DNA of 64,000 nucleotides from Eukaryota sp. GEM-RC1 (Eukaryota): the NCBI GenBank assembly GCA_040285855.1, contig JAUFOQ010000016.1:2852001-2916000 (forward strand), in the 5' to 3' direction. The translations under genes were made by a program, and so were the position numbers. Under the pieces are notes generated by a model that worked only from the letters and a program-made list of their open reading frames with translations, made no database searches and was not told the origin of the DNA. Positions 25,485 through 38,338 of this stretch are shown piece by piece. Position 1 is the first letter of the stretch. Each line of letters starts with the position of its first letter.

Positions 25485-28200
25485 TTGAATCAACCCCACT
25501 TCTCTTGAATCTCTTTTTTTAAGGTACTGTGATTCTCAATCTTTTCCATGGTTTTGGCTTCCTTGTCTCAGTCTTTTGCTTCATCTCTGCCTAAACTTGG
25601 TTTCCAATTACCAACTCTGTCTGAAGTACTGGCTAAGTTACGTAAAGCCTCACAACTCACACTAATTACTCTTTATACTAAGTTATTTTTTATCTTGGTT
25701 ACAGATCTTATTGACAAAAACCAACCACTTCCTATCGAAGTTTTGAACTTCTCACTTGACCAGTCAATACGGACACAATCGCATTTGATTGGATCACAAA
25801 CTTTCCTCATTCGTTTACTTTTATCACGTGGAACTGAGGGTGAAACAATGGAAGCTCTTGCTTGTTTAATCAAGGATTCAGATGGAACTACCAGTCAAAA
25901 CAGGAGTTACTTGCCCCATTGAACTTGAATGATGACGATTTTAGTGGTCTAGCAGGTGATACTGACTATAAAAGTAATCCTGCAATCATTGAAGAAGTTC
26001 AAAGACTTCAAGCTGGAACTATTGACCTATCTGAAATCACTGGGCATAAGATTTCTGCTATTTTAATTTCTAAGAATAAGAATATACCTGACTCAAATTT
26101 TAAACAACTTCATGATCTGTTTGAAAACTCTATTTCTTACCTACTACTTTCACTTGGTGAAGTTTTAACCTCTGATTCTTGTAGGACGTTTTCTACTTCC
26201 TCTATTGAAGCTGTTTATATTCCCTTTAATTTCCCTAATACTTATTTTTCAAGAATTGATTTAAATAGGTATGGGTTTCATAGCCACTACTGTTTAACTT
26301 GTGGGTTTACTCAAATCGTTGAAAATTGTGGAGGTTCAGGAGTTAATGAACATGGCAATCGTCCCGATGTTTGGACAGGGGAGATAAACATAATTGTCCA
26401 AAATGTTCTGCTGTCAATTGGGCACCAATGGATTCTTCACCTGAAGTTCCTTTCAAACACTTCTGCTCCAATCCTCAATGGCAACCTGGACTACAACCCG
26501 GTCGTTACGATGTATATAATAATGGAACTTTAGAACCTTGTATGAAGGGTTTATTCCGCTATACAAATCTAAGATCTTGGTTACTTGGATCGAGTATCTT
26601 TTGTACATGGTCTTAGCTCGTGCTTGTGTTACTAATGGTATTGGAGACCAGTATGCTAGGATGTATGACGTTGAACATGGATTGGCTCAACTTCGTGATA
26701 CATTAATTGAATGTTTAGATGTTTTGGCCAACATTCTGCGTGTTACTAGACCTCAGATGTCTTTAATCCTTGCACACGTAATTCGAAAGATTTCTAATGA
26801 AATTCCAAATTTTGTATGTACAACAATAGAGGAAAAGTTTGAAGCTGAAGCTCGTATCATGACCATTCTTGATTCAATTGAACTTGATCCACTTCCCAAG
26901 TCTGATGTGACTGCTCTTACTTTGAGCTCTAGAATTGAGGGAGTTTCAATAGACGAATTGGGTAGTGATGTTGCTGCGTTGTCATCTTTGATTGCGTCGT
27001 CACCAATTGTTAACGAAATTCCCGATAAGTTGTCACGATTTTTAAATATTATTGATATTTCAAAATCAAACAGTTTATGATCGTCGGCGAACACCTTCCT
27101 GAGTTCTTAAAACTTGTTAAATTTGTTCGTGAAAAGACTGCTTCAATCCTTAAAGACAAGGCAATCATTTCCCCGATTACATCAATTTTGACTAATCGGC
27201 CTAGTAAAAGACTGTTTTCAGAAGCAATTGACAGCTATAGTTTAATTGTGACTGATTTGCGACGACTATTGGGTAGAGAGGAAATCACTGTTGGCTGTCA
27301 GTCATATCTTCTTGACGAAGAACTTTCTGATTCTTCTTGTCTTGGACTATTCACTCTTGACGATTGTGAGGATGCTCTGCCTATTCGAACTCTAATTGAA
27401 GAGGAATTTGTTAACACTCATAATGCTCTTGTTGGGAATTATTCATTGGGATCGATTGATCTCTTTTCAATCGATTCTGAGTCTTTGTTCAGATAAAGTG
27501 TGACAGTCGTGGTATCACCCTTGATCCTTTCACTTACCGTTTACGTGTTGTAGATCACGTTTATGACGGTTACATTCTTTCTGGATTGATTAAACATAAC
27601 ATTGAACCAATAGAATCTCCAGAGTTTCTACTTTCCAAATCCAAAGACTTGTACGACTTGGAGGATATTCTTTCAGAAGAAGGTTTTACTGTCGATGGTA
27701 ATGTTGTTTTCCACCTTCCGTTATTGATGATGATTATCTTCCTCTTTATAATGAAATTATTATTGTCACTAGAACTATCGCTACAGAGCTTCCAAATGAC
27801 AGATCTTTGAGTTTAAAGGCATTTCTGAAACAGAAAAACTTGACGATTTTTGCCAAAATATTGGACTTCTTTTGAAAATGAACCTATTGGGCAGATTTTG
27901 GACATATTAAAGTTGGTTGAGCAAAGTTTCCCGTATAACATTCTGGAAGAATTGGTTCAGCCTCAGTTCAAGTCCAAACTTTTAGCTAAAACTGTAAAGT
28001 CATTACTCAAACTGAAAGGAATTCCAGATATCATGACTCATATTAGTTTATTAAAGAAGTTTGTTTTGAGAGTTGGAATTCATCCCATGGATTCTCAAGA
28101 CTGTGAAGTTTGTTATTTCAATGACGATTTGAAATTCTTGGAGGAGTGTCAATTGAAAGTGTCTGAGATGTTTCACGGCTTAAAGAAATTATCGACGTAG
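25485..28200 (+). pseudogene. 3' part of a type B gene, detached by the inversion (5' part at 53891..55944)
   Basis: Mirror of 17460..20175; contains HYCLTCGFTQIVENCGG...CPKC and the C-terminal LKKFVLRV. Confidence 0.88.
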
Positions 28201-28943
28201 TCTTTCTTAGTAGACCAGCACAACCAAATTTAATACAGAACAGATTTAAATACATGCTTTAATTTGTTCAGGTGAATTAATGTTCAACTATTAATGGGTA
28301 TACGACATGTTAGAAGTGTTAGAGTGTACTGACAAGAGATTGGACAGTTTCCTTAACTGGAAACTGCAAACTACTACTCAAACACGGCAAATTTGGTCCA
28401 GTACAAGCCGAAATCCACAATTTATACACAAAACATTCTTCACTTTACTGTGTGTTTCCACACAAAATTTCAAAAAATGACTTTTGACTCAGACTGTTCT
28501 ATGATATTCGATACAAGATATAAGTTGACGTAATAAAGCATTGGACTTCCAAACGCAGCCGTACTTTTCTCCTTTAAGTCCAAATGTACACTATAGTGTT
28601 GTTGCCAATAAATACGTATATTCAACAATAATATTTATGTTTGCAGTGGAAAGACAGGAAATTGAATTATTGTGCAATGATGGCTAAATCCACATGAGCT
28701 TCTCTCCAATAAGTCTTTCGTTAACCTACGATGAGAATGTTGGTTAAACCGATGTCTGTTTTAAAATCGGACAGAATTCTACACTTATTTGACAGTTTGC
28801 TATTCGCCTCCACCAGATCTTTACTTTCTACTCCAGACAAGGTTTATGCACACATTTTCTTTAACATTTGTTTGGAGGAAGAACTACTACTACTATGAAA
28901 TGTCTTCAAAAGTCAATTAATTCAAGAACAATCTTTCTTCACA

Positions 28944-30952
28944 ATGTCCCAACCGTTTCTTTCCATAACCTCCTCTGACATTCTCTCCTCTCTATTTAAC
29001 AACTCATCCCTCTCTGATCAAACTCTTGTCTTTGGTGACCACACCCTCCACGTGTGTAGAAACGTACTTGCTTCCAGCTCCAAGACTTTCTTTGATCTTT
29101 GGTACGTGGAGTGTGCTGACAGAGACAATAATCCCTTAGATTTCTCTCAACTAGCAGTAAGTGATTCCTCTTTTGTTGCCTGTATTAGAGCTCTTTATGG
29201 TATCAAAGTTGACGTCTCTGAATCCAATGTTTACGATCTATTTTACCTAGCCCATTACTTTCAAGCAGATCCATTGATCACCCAAATTGAACTGGTAATG
29301 TCTAAAAACTTGGTTAATTGGACCTGGTTGCTTTGTTTTCTGTTAAGAGCCGATGAAAAGCAAGATTTAAGGGCTTTGAAGATTGCTGGTTCATATTTGA
29401 AGATATCAAAAGATATTCAAATTGATGTTGGTGTTAATTTGAAAACTGATTCTATTCAATTGCTGACTAAGTTTTGTGATGACCATCAATTGCAATCCTG
29501 GTTAGTCAGGTCGTTAGTGGTTTCCGTTTGTAATTTAAATTTTGAATTATATCAGTTTTCAAATATTTTGAATCACTTTAGTTTGACTGTTTTTCCCTTA
29601 AAGATTGGGAGATCTTACTTTTCGATCCTTTACGTGGAATTAAAGAACTAGAACAGCCATTACGAGAGTTTCTTGTTGATAAGTTCAAAATTTTGGATTT
29701 TGATTCTTTACTTGAGAATGATGATGAACTGAAGAATAACAGTTCTGAATTGTCATCTTTAGTGATTCAATCAACAAGACTAGCAATTCAAATGTCAGCC
29801 TTAATCAAAGGAACTTATTCCTACCCCATTGATTATAAATGATGACGAGTTTAGTGGTCTAGCAGGTGATACTGACTATAAGAGTAACCCTGCAATCATT
29901 GAAGAAGTCCAAAGACTTCAAAGCGGAACTATTGACCTATCTGAAATTACAGGACATAAGATTTCTGCAATTTTAATTTCTAAGCATAGAAATATACCAG
30001 AATCGAATTTAAAACAACTTTTAATGTCTTTGATAATTCCATTTGCTGTCTACTTCCACTTGGAGAAATTTTAAATTCTTATTCCTGTCAGGTATTTACC
30101 ACTTCTTCTATTGAAGCCGCTTTTATTCCCTTCAATTTCCCAAATAATTGTTTTTCCAGAATTCATTTACAGAACATTGGACTGCATATTCATTACTGTT
30201 TATCTTGTGGCCATTCCCAAATCATTGGTGATTGTGGACGGTCAGGAGTCCGTAGGCACGGTAGTGGTCCTAATGTTTGGACTGGCCCAGATCAACATAG
30301 GTGTCCAAAATGCTCTGCTGTCAATTGGTCACCAATGGATTGTTCATCTGAAGTTCCTTTCAAACACTTTTCCTCCAATCCTCAATGGCAACCTGGACTA
30401 CAACCCGGTCGTTACGATGTATATAATAATGGAACTTTAGAACCTTGTTTTAAGGGTTTATTCCGCTATTCAAATCTAAGGTCTTGGTTACTTGGATCAA
30501 GTATCTTTCTATACATGGTCTTAGCTCGTGATTGTGTTACTAATGGTATTGGAGACCTGTATGCTAGGATGTATGACGTTGAACATGGATTGGCTCAACT
30601 TCGTGATACATTAATTGAATGTTTAGATGTTTTGGCCAACATTCTGCCTGTTACTAGACCTCAAGTTTCTTTAATCCTTGCACACATTATTCGAAAAATT
30701 TCTAATGAAATTCCAAATTTTGTATGTGCAACAATTGAGGAAAAATTTGAAGCTGAAGCTCGTATCATGACCATTCTTGATTCAATTGAACTTGATCCAC
30801 TTCCCAAGTCTGATGTGACTGCTATTACTTTGAGCTCTAGAATTGAGGGAGTTTCAATAGACGAATTGGGTAGTGATGTTGCTGCGTTGTCATCATTGGT
30901 TGCATCGTCACCAATTGTTAACGAAATTGCTGATAAGTCGTCCCCATTATAA
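28944..30952 (+). CDS. Type C chimera: BTB - RZ-like E3 module, copy 2
   Basis: Mirror of 14704..16714; BTB ORF 28944..29651, then module ORFs; ends ...ADKSSPL*, followed by a decayed remnant of the longer C-terminus. Confidence 0.8.
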
Positions 30953-31399
30953 AAACTGTTAATATTTAAAAATATGACAATTTTTGAGAGTTGCTGAAGA
31001 CTTGCCTGAGTTTTAATTACTGTAAAATTTTCAATAGTCGTTAAATCACTCGTATGTTTCGGTTGGAGAGTTTAAGTCGACAATACCTCGTCGTCACTGC
31101 ATTAAACTGATACACAATCACATTAGAATAATCAGCTGAATGAGAAAGAATTAATCCCTATACTGACAGAATCGAATAGATGATTTCTAATTGAAGGGAT
31201 GAATTTACGCGGTGTTGGTTTTATAGGCTGTAATAATTTAATGTAATAATTTTCCATGTGAGAAGCGCTACAGTTGTGAGATGAAACTAGATGACATCCG
31301 CTGCATCGCAGTTATTTTGGGTCAATAAAGAGGTCATTATTTGTAAAGACGCAATTTCTGAAAAGAAGTTTAAAAACGTCTTTCATTTGTCGTTGCAAA

Positions 31400-31540
31400 C
31401 ATACTAGTGTATCACAAATACATGTGATCACACTACTTGTGATTAAAATGTGATTAATGTATAAGTGTAGTCACTTCTATTACATGTAAAGATAATCCCT
31501 CAGCACTTTTAGATGTTCACTAGTGTAATCCACAAGTATG
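31400..31540. mobile_element. MITE family 3, mirrored copy
   Basis: TSD GTTGCAAA at 31392-31399 and 31541-31548; CATACT...AGTATG termini. Confidence 0.88.
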
Positions 31541-31929
31541 GTTGCAAATAAGCAGTACTAACGATTTCAACAAACGTTATACCAAAACCTCTTTTCATCT
31601 AATATTATTGTCTCAATCGAGTCAAAATACACGTTATGTTATTGTGGCAATATACAATTTCAGTGTGCTTGTGACATATAATTGAGAACATTCAAACTTG
31701 AGTTCTGTAGACGTTACCCAAGTCAAGAAAATCTTCTTGTTTCGACAAGTAGTTTTTCTTGGTAAATTTGAGATCAGAATTGTCGCTAATTTCACCTGAC
31801 CTCTGGCAAACTTGTTTTCCAGCAGATATTTGTGAAATTCAGAACGATGAGTCACCTCGTTAAAATTTGCTCTTAAGAAACTGCAAAACACCTTTTGAAA
31901 CATTTTGAATGTCTGGATTTAAAATTCGT

Positions 31930-32720
31930 CTAGGCTCGGCCAAAGAAAAAAATCCAGCGTTCGCAAATTTTTAATTGATTTGAAGGACAGTTCTTCAGTT
32001 GCTTTGATTAACCAAATTCCTCAGATTTATGGTTTGTTGTTGAATGATCATCAATGGACTACAACATTCAGACTTCGATGCTTCTTGTTCCCCTCTAATT
32101 TACCCAATGATCTTCAATGTAAATGTGGAAAATTAGTTACTTTTTCTCACCTTTTGAGTTGTAATCGTTTCATTACTTACAGAACTTGTATTCATGATGC
32201 TGTCAGAGATCAAATTCATACCATGTGTAAGTCCTACAAAATCGAATCTTTTGTTGAGCCATTGTTGAGATCACTGGAAATCAATAATTTAAAAATAGTG
32301 ATTCTGATAAGACTTTTGGTATAAGAAGAGCTGATGTTATAGTTCCATCAGTCAATGATGAACTAACCGTTGTTGATGTGATTACTGTGGATGTTTGCAA
32401 AAAAGTGCATTCAAGGATGCTAAAAATGAGGTTCTCCACTGAATTCTTCAGAACAATACAAGAGAAACAAATATGATGAACCATTGACTGCTCTCAAACA
32501 TATTAGACATGTTGAGTACAAATTATGTCCTTTTGCGATTTCAATTTATGGTCAACTTGGTAGAGATGCTCTTTGTTTTCTCTCTGATTTTGAGAAAGTG
32601 GTCAAAAAAGAATGAACAAGAAATTTGATTTCAAATTTTGGTTGAATCATATTGTTTTACAATATTTAAAACAATTCCTATCATGATTTCAAAAGCTCTA
32701 TTAGCTCTCAGTGTTTTTAT
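31930..32720 (+). mobile_element. RLE-type non-LTR relic, mirrored copy
   Basis: Mirror of 12930..13720. Confidence 0.72.
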
Positions 32721-32977
32721 GAAGAAAAAGGTGATGTGAGTTTTAATGGCAAGGATTGTTGCTTTAATGATATTGAGTTTTAGTATTTGTGTTTATTTTG
32801 GTGTTTTTGTTCCATATAATTTCACAAAACAAAAAACTTGGAATGGTAACTAGTTCAAAAAGTGTGAACTGAACTGAACTAATTAACATTCCTAATTCAA
32901 ACTGCTTGCATCACATGACAAGTCAAAATTCGATTGCGGTGTAACACTGTATTTGCTGTTAAGTTCTTGGTTTTGAA

Positions 32978-33536
32978 CAGGCTTGTAAAAACGTTGATTA
33001 AAAATAAAAACGACGTTTTTATCGTTTTCTCCGTTTTTTTCGAATTTAATACAAAACGTTCAAAAGGGCAGATCAACTTTTCAACTGTCCACTTTTTTCT
33101 CAGTTCATTTTCATCAACCAAATCTTCCATAGTTCGATCATTGCAGCTATGTTCTTTTGAGCTTGAAAGCATAACACCATGGAGATGAAGTATAGTGCTC
33201 ATCTAACGATGATCACGTGGTCAGGACGGGAAGATAACGGGGTATATGCAACAATAACACTGTTTGAGTGTACCTGAAGGCCGTTTTACTCAGATACAGA
33301 ACCAAAGAGCATATACTGTACCAGTAATAGTGTCACCAACAAATATGCTTGCCTTGTTTCAGTCTTGCTTGGTCAGAAACAACAAACATGAAATAACTTC
33401 TGCCATATTAAGACAAAAGTGGAGTAGAAAGTCGTGCTCTTTGTGTCAATCCAGAACATAAAAACGTTGACAAGAATAAAAAACGTCGTTTTTTTTCAAA
33501 ATATGTTTTAAACGTTTTTATCAAGTGACAAGCCTG
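32978..33536. mobile_element. MITE family 1, mirrored copy
   Basis: TSD GTTTTGAA at 32970-32977 and 33537-33544; CAGGCTTGT termini. Confidence 0.88.
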
Positions 33537-33573
33537 GTTTTGAAAAATGAAAACCAATTCCTTCACACTCCAT

Positions 33574-35675
33574 ATGGACTGCTTTGTCTGTTATCAGTCG
33601 TTTAATCTATCTTCTCGTCTCCCTCTATTGATTTGTTGTGAAGGACACTCTGCTTGTACTGAATGCTCTGCTTCTCTTAACAACTGTCCCATCTGTCGTA
33701 CCAAATGTCTCACCGAGAAGAAAACCAATTTTGCTTTACAGGATCTCGTCCAAGCCTCTCGAAATGGCGATCTTTGTCCTCAAATTCCCTCCGATCACAT
33801 ACTTCTAAAAACCAAGATCGCAAAGGGAGGTTTTGCTGTCGTCTACGCTGCTGAATGGTCCGATCTCCCTGTCGCTGTAAAGATGGTTGAACTCACGGAA
33901 AAAGGAAAACTCCTACTCCAAAAGAAATGAATCTGCTCTACAACCTGAACCATCCCTCTATTATACGTGTCTATGGCATCTCCTTCTTCAATGATTCCAT
34001 TGGTATCGTGATGGAAAGAGCTTCTTCTTCCCTCCCTTCCCAAGTTCTCTTTCACCAGTAACACTTAGATACGTTAAAGAGCTTTGCCAGGGTGTGAAGT
34101 TTCTACACCTGAAGTCTGTTGTACATGGTGATTTGAAACCAGGTAATATTCTTCTAGTGGATGGTCATGTTAAAGTTGCTGATTTTGGCACTTCCAAAAC
34201 TGTTTCAGCTACAACTAGAGTAACTAGCGCTAATGCTGTGACTTTCAAATACGCAGCACCTGAACAATTTGATGATCCTCCTGGTCCTTTTAGTGACATT
34301 TATTCTCTTGGATTAGTTATGTATGAAATTTTGTCTGGAAAGAAGCTTTTGAAGGGTATTCAACGAAGCAGATTTTTGGTGCGAAATTTCGAGACAAACT
34401 CATTACCTTTTGATTCTTCAGTACCTGATTGTTTAAAGGATTTAATTTCAAAATGTTTGAATTCTGATCCCATGCTACGACCCACAATCAATGAAATCAT
34501 TGAGGTTATTAAAAGTGTGATTGTTTCTGATTGTGATGATCAATCATTTTTATTAACGACGGAAATCTTAAGGAGATCATTTCCCTTTTGAAGAGTGAAA
34601 AGAATAGTTTGAAGGTGAAAGTTCGTGATTTAGAAAGTAAATTTGAAAAATCCTGTCACGTTTCAAAAGGACTTCCTTTAATTACCCCATTTGTTATAAG
34701 TGATGACGCTTTTAATGGTCTAGCAGGTGATACTGACTATAAGAGTAATCCTGCAATCATTGAAGAAGTCCAAAGACTTCAAAGCGGAACTATTGACTTA
34801 TCTGAAATCAATGGGCATAAGGTTTCTGCTATTTTAATTTCTAAGAATATGAATATACCAGAATCAAATTTCAAACAACTTTACAATCTGTTTGAAATAT
34901 ATATTTCATACCTACTTCCACTCGGTGAAATTTTAAATTCTGATGCTTGTCAAGTCTTTATGTATTCCTTTATTGGTGCTGTTTTATTCCCTTCAATTTC
35001 CCAAATAGTTGTTTTTCAAGAATTGGTATACGTATGTATATGTTTCATAGCTACTACTGTTTAACTTGCGGTCACACTCAAAGCGTTGGTGAAGATGGTA
35101 ATCGTCCCGATGTCTGGAAATGGGTAGCTAATCATTGTCCAAAATGTTCTGCAGTCAATTGGGCACCAAAGAATTCTTCACCTGAAGTTCCTTTCAAACA
35201 CTTTTCCTCCAATCCTCAATGGCAACCTGGACTACAACCTGGTCGTTACGATGTATTTACTAATGGAACTTTAGAACCTTGTATGAAGGGTTTATTCCGC
35301 TATTCAAATCTAAGGTCTTGGTTACTTGGATCAAGTATCTCTTTGTACATGGTCTTAGCTCGTGCTTGTGTTAATAATGGTATTGTAGAACAGTATGCTA
35401 GACTGTATGACGTTGAACATGGATTGGCTCAACTTCGTGATACATTAATTGAATGTTTAGATGTTTTGGCCAACATTCTGCGTGTTACTAGACCTCAGAT
35501 GTCTTTAATCCTTGCACACGTAATTCGAAAGATTTCTAATGAAATTCCAAATTTTGTATGTACAACAATTGAGGAAAAGTTTGAAGCTGAAGCTCGTGTC
35601 ATGACCATTCTTGATTCAATTGAACTTGATCCACTTCCCAAGTCTGATGTGACTGCTATTACTTTGAGTTCTTGA
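33574..35675 (+). CDS. Type D chimera: RING - kinase - truncated RZ-like module, copy 2
   Basis: MDCFVC...CCEGHSACTEC...CPICR RING; kinase motifs intact; module ends ITLSS*, where paralogues read SSR/SSG (TGA vs AGA/GGA). Alternative ATG at 33547. Confidence 0.82.
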
Positions 35676-38338
35676 ACGGAAACTTCTTGTTGGAAATTAT
35701 ACTAGTAGTTTTCTTGTCCTTGAGGTATTTTTGAGAACATTTACAAATCAACAATATTAAACTATTTGGCAATACCCTAATTGTATATTTGAAATCATTC
35801 AGTTCAACACACAAACCAGGGATCAGAAATAACAATTGAATTTTAATTACAATATGTTTATTGTACACCAACAATATTTTCTGACAATATGAGAACTGGA
35901 ACAATATGGTACATGTGTTGTTACTGTGAATAATATATATATTGACAACATTTTGCTGAAGTGGAATATGCTAGTACAAACAACGCGGAGCTTATTTGCA
36001 ACAAAATTTCTGTATACGTAACACTGACGTATATTAAAACAGCGTACCGTACAATATTGGCTGTACGCTACCGTATATTACAGTACGCCACTTTACTCGG
36101 TTTCCGTAAAATATGGTAACTGTAAAAATTCGGAAATTATTTACGGCAAATGTTACCGTAGTGAGAATATAAATTGTCTTTTTCATGTCCCGAAAATCGA
36201 AACATCAAAGCATAATTGATCATCTTTATGAGAGTATTATAAGTGATGAGTTTTTACCGACATACCTTACGAACTGTGAGCTTTTCAAGTCTAGAACACG
36301 TCCAAAACACATTGTTTGGATTATTAGGAACAATCGTTGTTAGATATGGCTTTTGACCATAAAGCCCCCTTTATAGTTTTTGAAATTTTATTGTAACATC
36401 GTCATGTAGTTCATTATGCAAATACATGACGTAATTTCATGAACGAAATGTAAGCGTTATCCTCTATTTTGTCATGAATTGAATCAGTTCAGTACTAATT
36501 AACCGACATCAGTTTCCTTAGTACTTACAAGTACAGCATTGAGTAAGTCGGACACGTATTGTCGACACGAAGAAGCTGGGTTACCATCATGGTTCTGAAG
36601 AATCAAGGGATCTACCACTGACAAGACTTCCCCGAAACCGTATTCTTTTGATAATCGTCGTCGTTTGAAGTGAAAATCTTTACATTTTCCACTGTACAAG
36701 TTAATAGTCTCCAAATTGTTCAAACGTTTCAGCGTAAAGACCATCCAAAACGATGTCATGACTCCGATTCTGATTAGTCGGTTCATGGTTTTTCTTTATC
36801 CGTTCTTAGTTTTGTAGTTTTAATTGTAAAACTATTTTTCCGTATTTCGCGTAGCCACTTTTTAAACTTGCCGTTAAATACGACAATTGTAAAAATACGA
36901 AACCAATTTACGGCAATCTTCAAAATTGTTACACCAATATAGCTGGGTTCATCCACAATATATATACTGTTACAATGCGGCATATAGTATGTCTATCTCA
37001 ACCAGTGATGGTAGTAAGTTGTTTATGCAATCCAATCTACTGTAAATCAATTGTTTTGATTTACATTTTAGATGTCGTCATTGTAGCACATGTTTTGCGA
37101 TATGCAGCTCCTCTCTCCAATCGCTCTGAATTTTTGCAGATCTATTAACGAGTTGAGCATTAATTTTTGTATCAATATTAAAAGTTGATTCAACGTTAGG
37201 TAGAAGTCACTTGTTTACTTCTGCCCATTTTGGTGGTAATGTTTTTATCAAATCGTCAATTTTTGCAAATCTTCATTTTTAGGTGAAAAAGTTTCAATTT
37301 TGAATTTGTTAATCGATTTCCTTATGATATTTGACCTATTAACCCCAATTCGTCTAAATATTTATTTAACTTAAACGAAGCGTTGATTAAATTACCGTTT
37401 GACGTTTGGTCTCAGTGTTTCCCAGAATCTGTGTCTGAAATACCTGAAAAAACTTTGACTAATCTTCAGTTTTGTCTGAAAAATTACAACAGAAAAACCA
37501 AATGTTATTGAAAGTTGGATTATAATGTTCGACTTGGCATTGTCAAGGAAAAGTTTTGCAAATTGTTTAATGAATGTTTCTGATGGCTCCGCTTCATTTC
37601 TGATTACTTATACTCCTCAAGTTTCCAGTATTTTTCTTGGTCATTAAACATGCGTTTACGGTCATGTATTTGGCCTGATAATTCTCCACATAATTTGAAA
37701 TGCCAAAGTGGGCAATCTGTAATGCTGAAAAACCCTCTGTACATTGGTGAAAAATTATAAATGGAAAAATTTTGTCCTAAATTAAAAAATAGGGTTCGGT
37801 TTCACACACGAATTACTTGTTGTACCTTTTGTGTTTTCACTGTACGTTTATTTAGGTGAATCGGCCACATCATTTCTTTATTTTTTGTGAAGATTGTAAA
37901 AGAAAAACTTCTATCACTTTTGATCTTAAATTTTTGAAAAATCCAATTGTGTTTGCTATCTTCAAAGGTATGGTGACTTCTGTATCCAGCGCTTATTATC
38001 TCTTGGCAGACATTATGAGGGAAATGTAGGAGATAATTTCCAGATAAGCAATCTGGACTTTGAGGATATTGATTATTACATTTATGTACACTGTAGTGTT
38101 GTTGTCGATAAACAGTGCAAAACAAGCATTGTAGAATAACTTGAGTATTTGATGGACATTTTTACATGTAAGAATTACATCAGCTCCGAGAATGAATATC
38201 ACATTCACAGTTTTTCTTATCCAGATGCTGTATGACTTCTTTTGGATGGAATGGCTGATGATTGATGAGACAAGTAAAACCGATCTACCCCTGTTTTAAT
38301 GCAAATTTCATTATATTCAACAAAAATAGGTGTACTAG

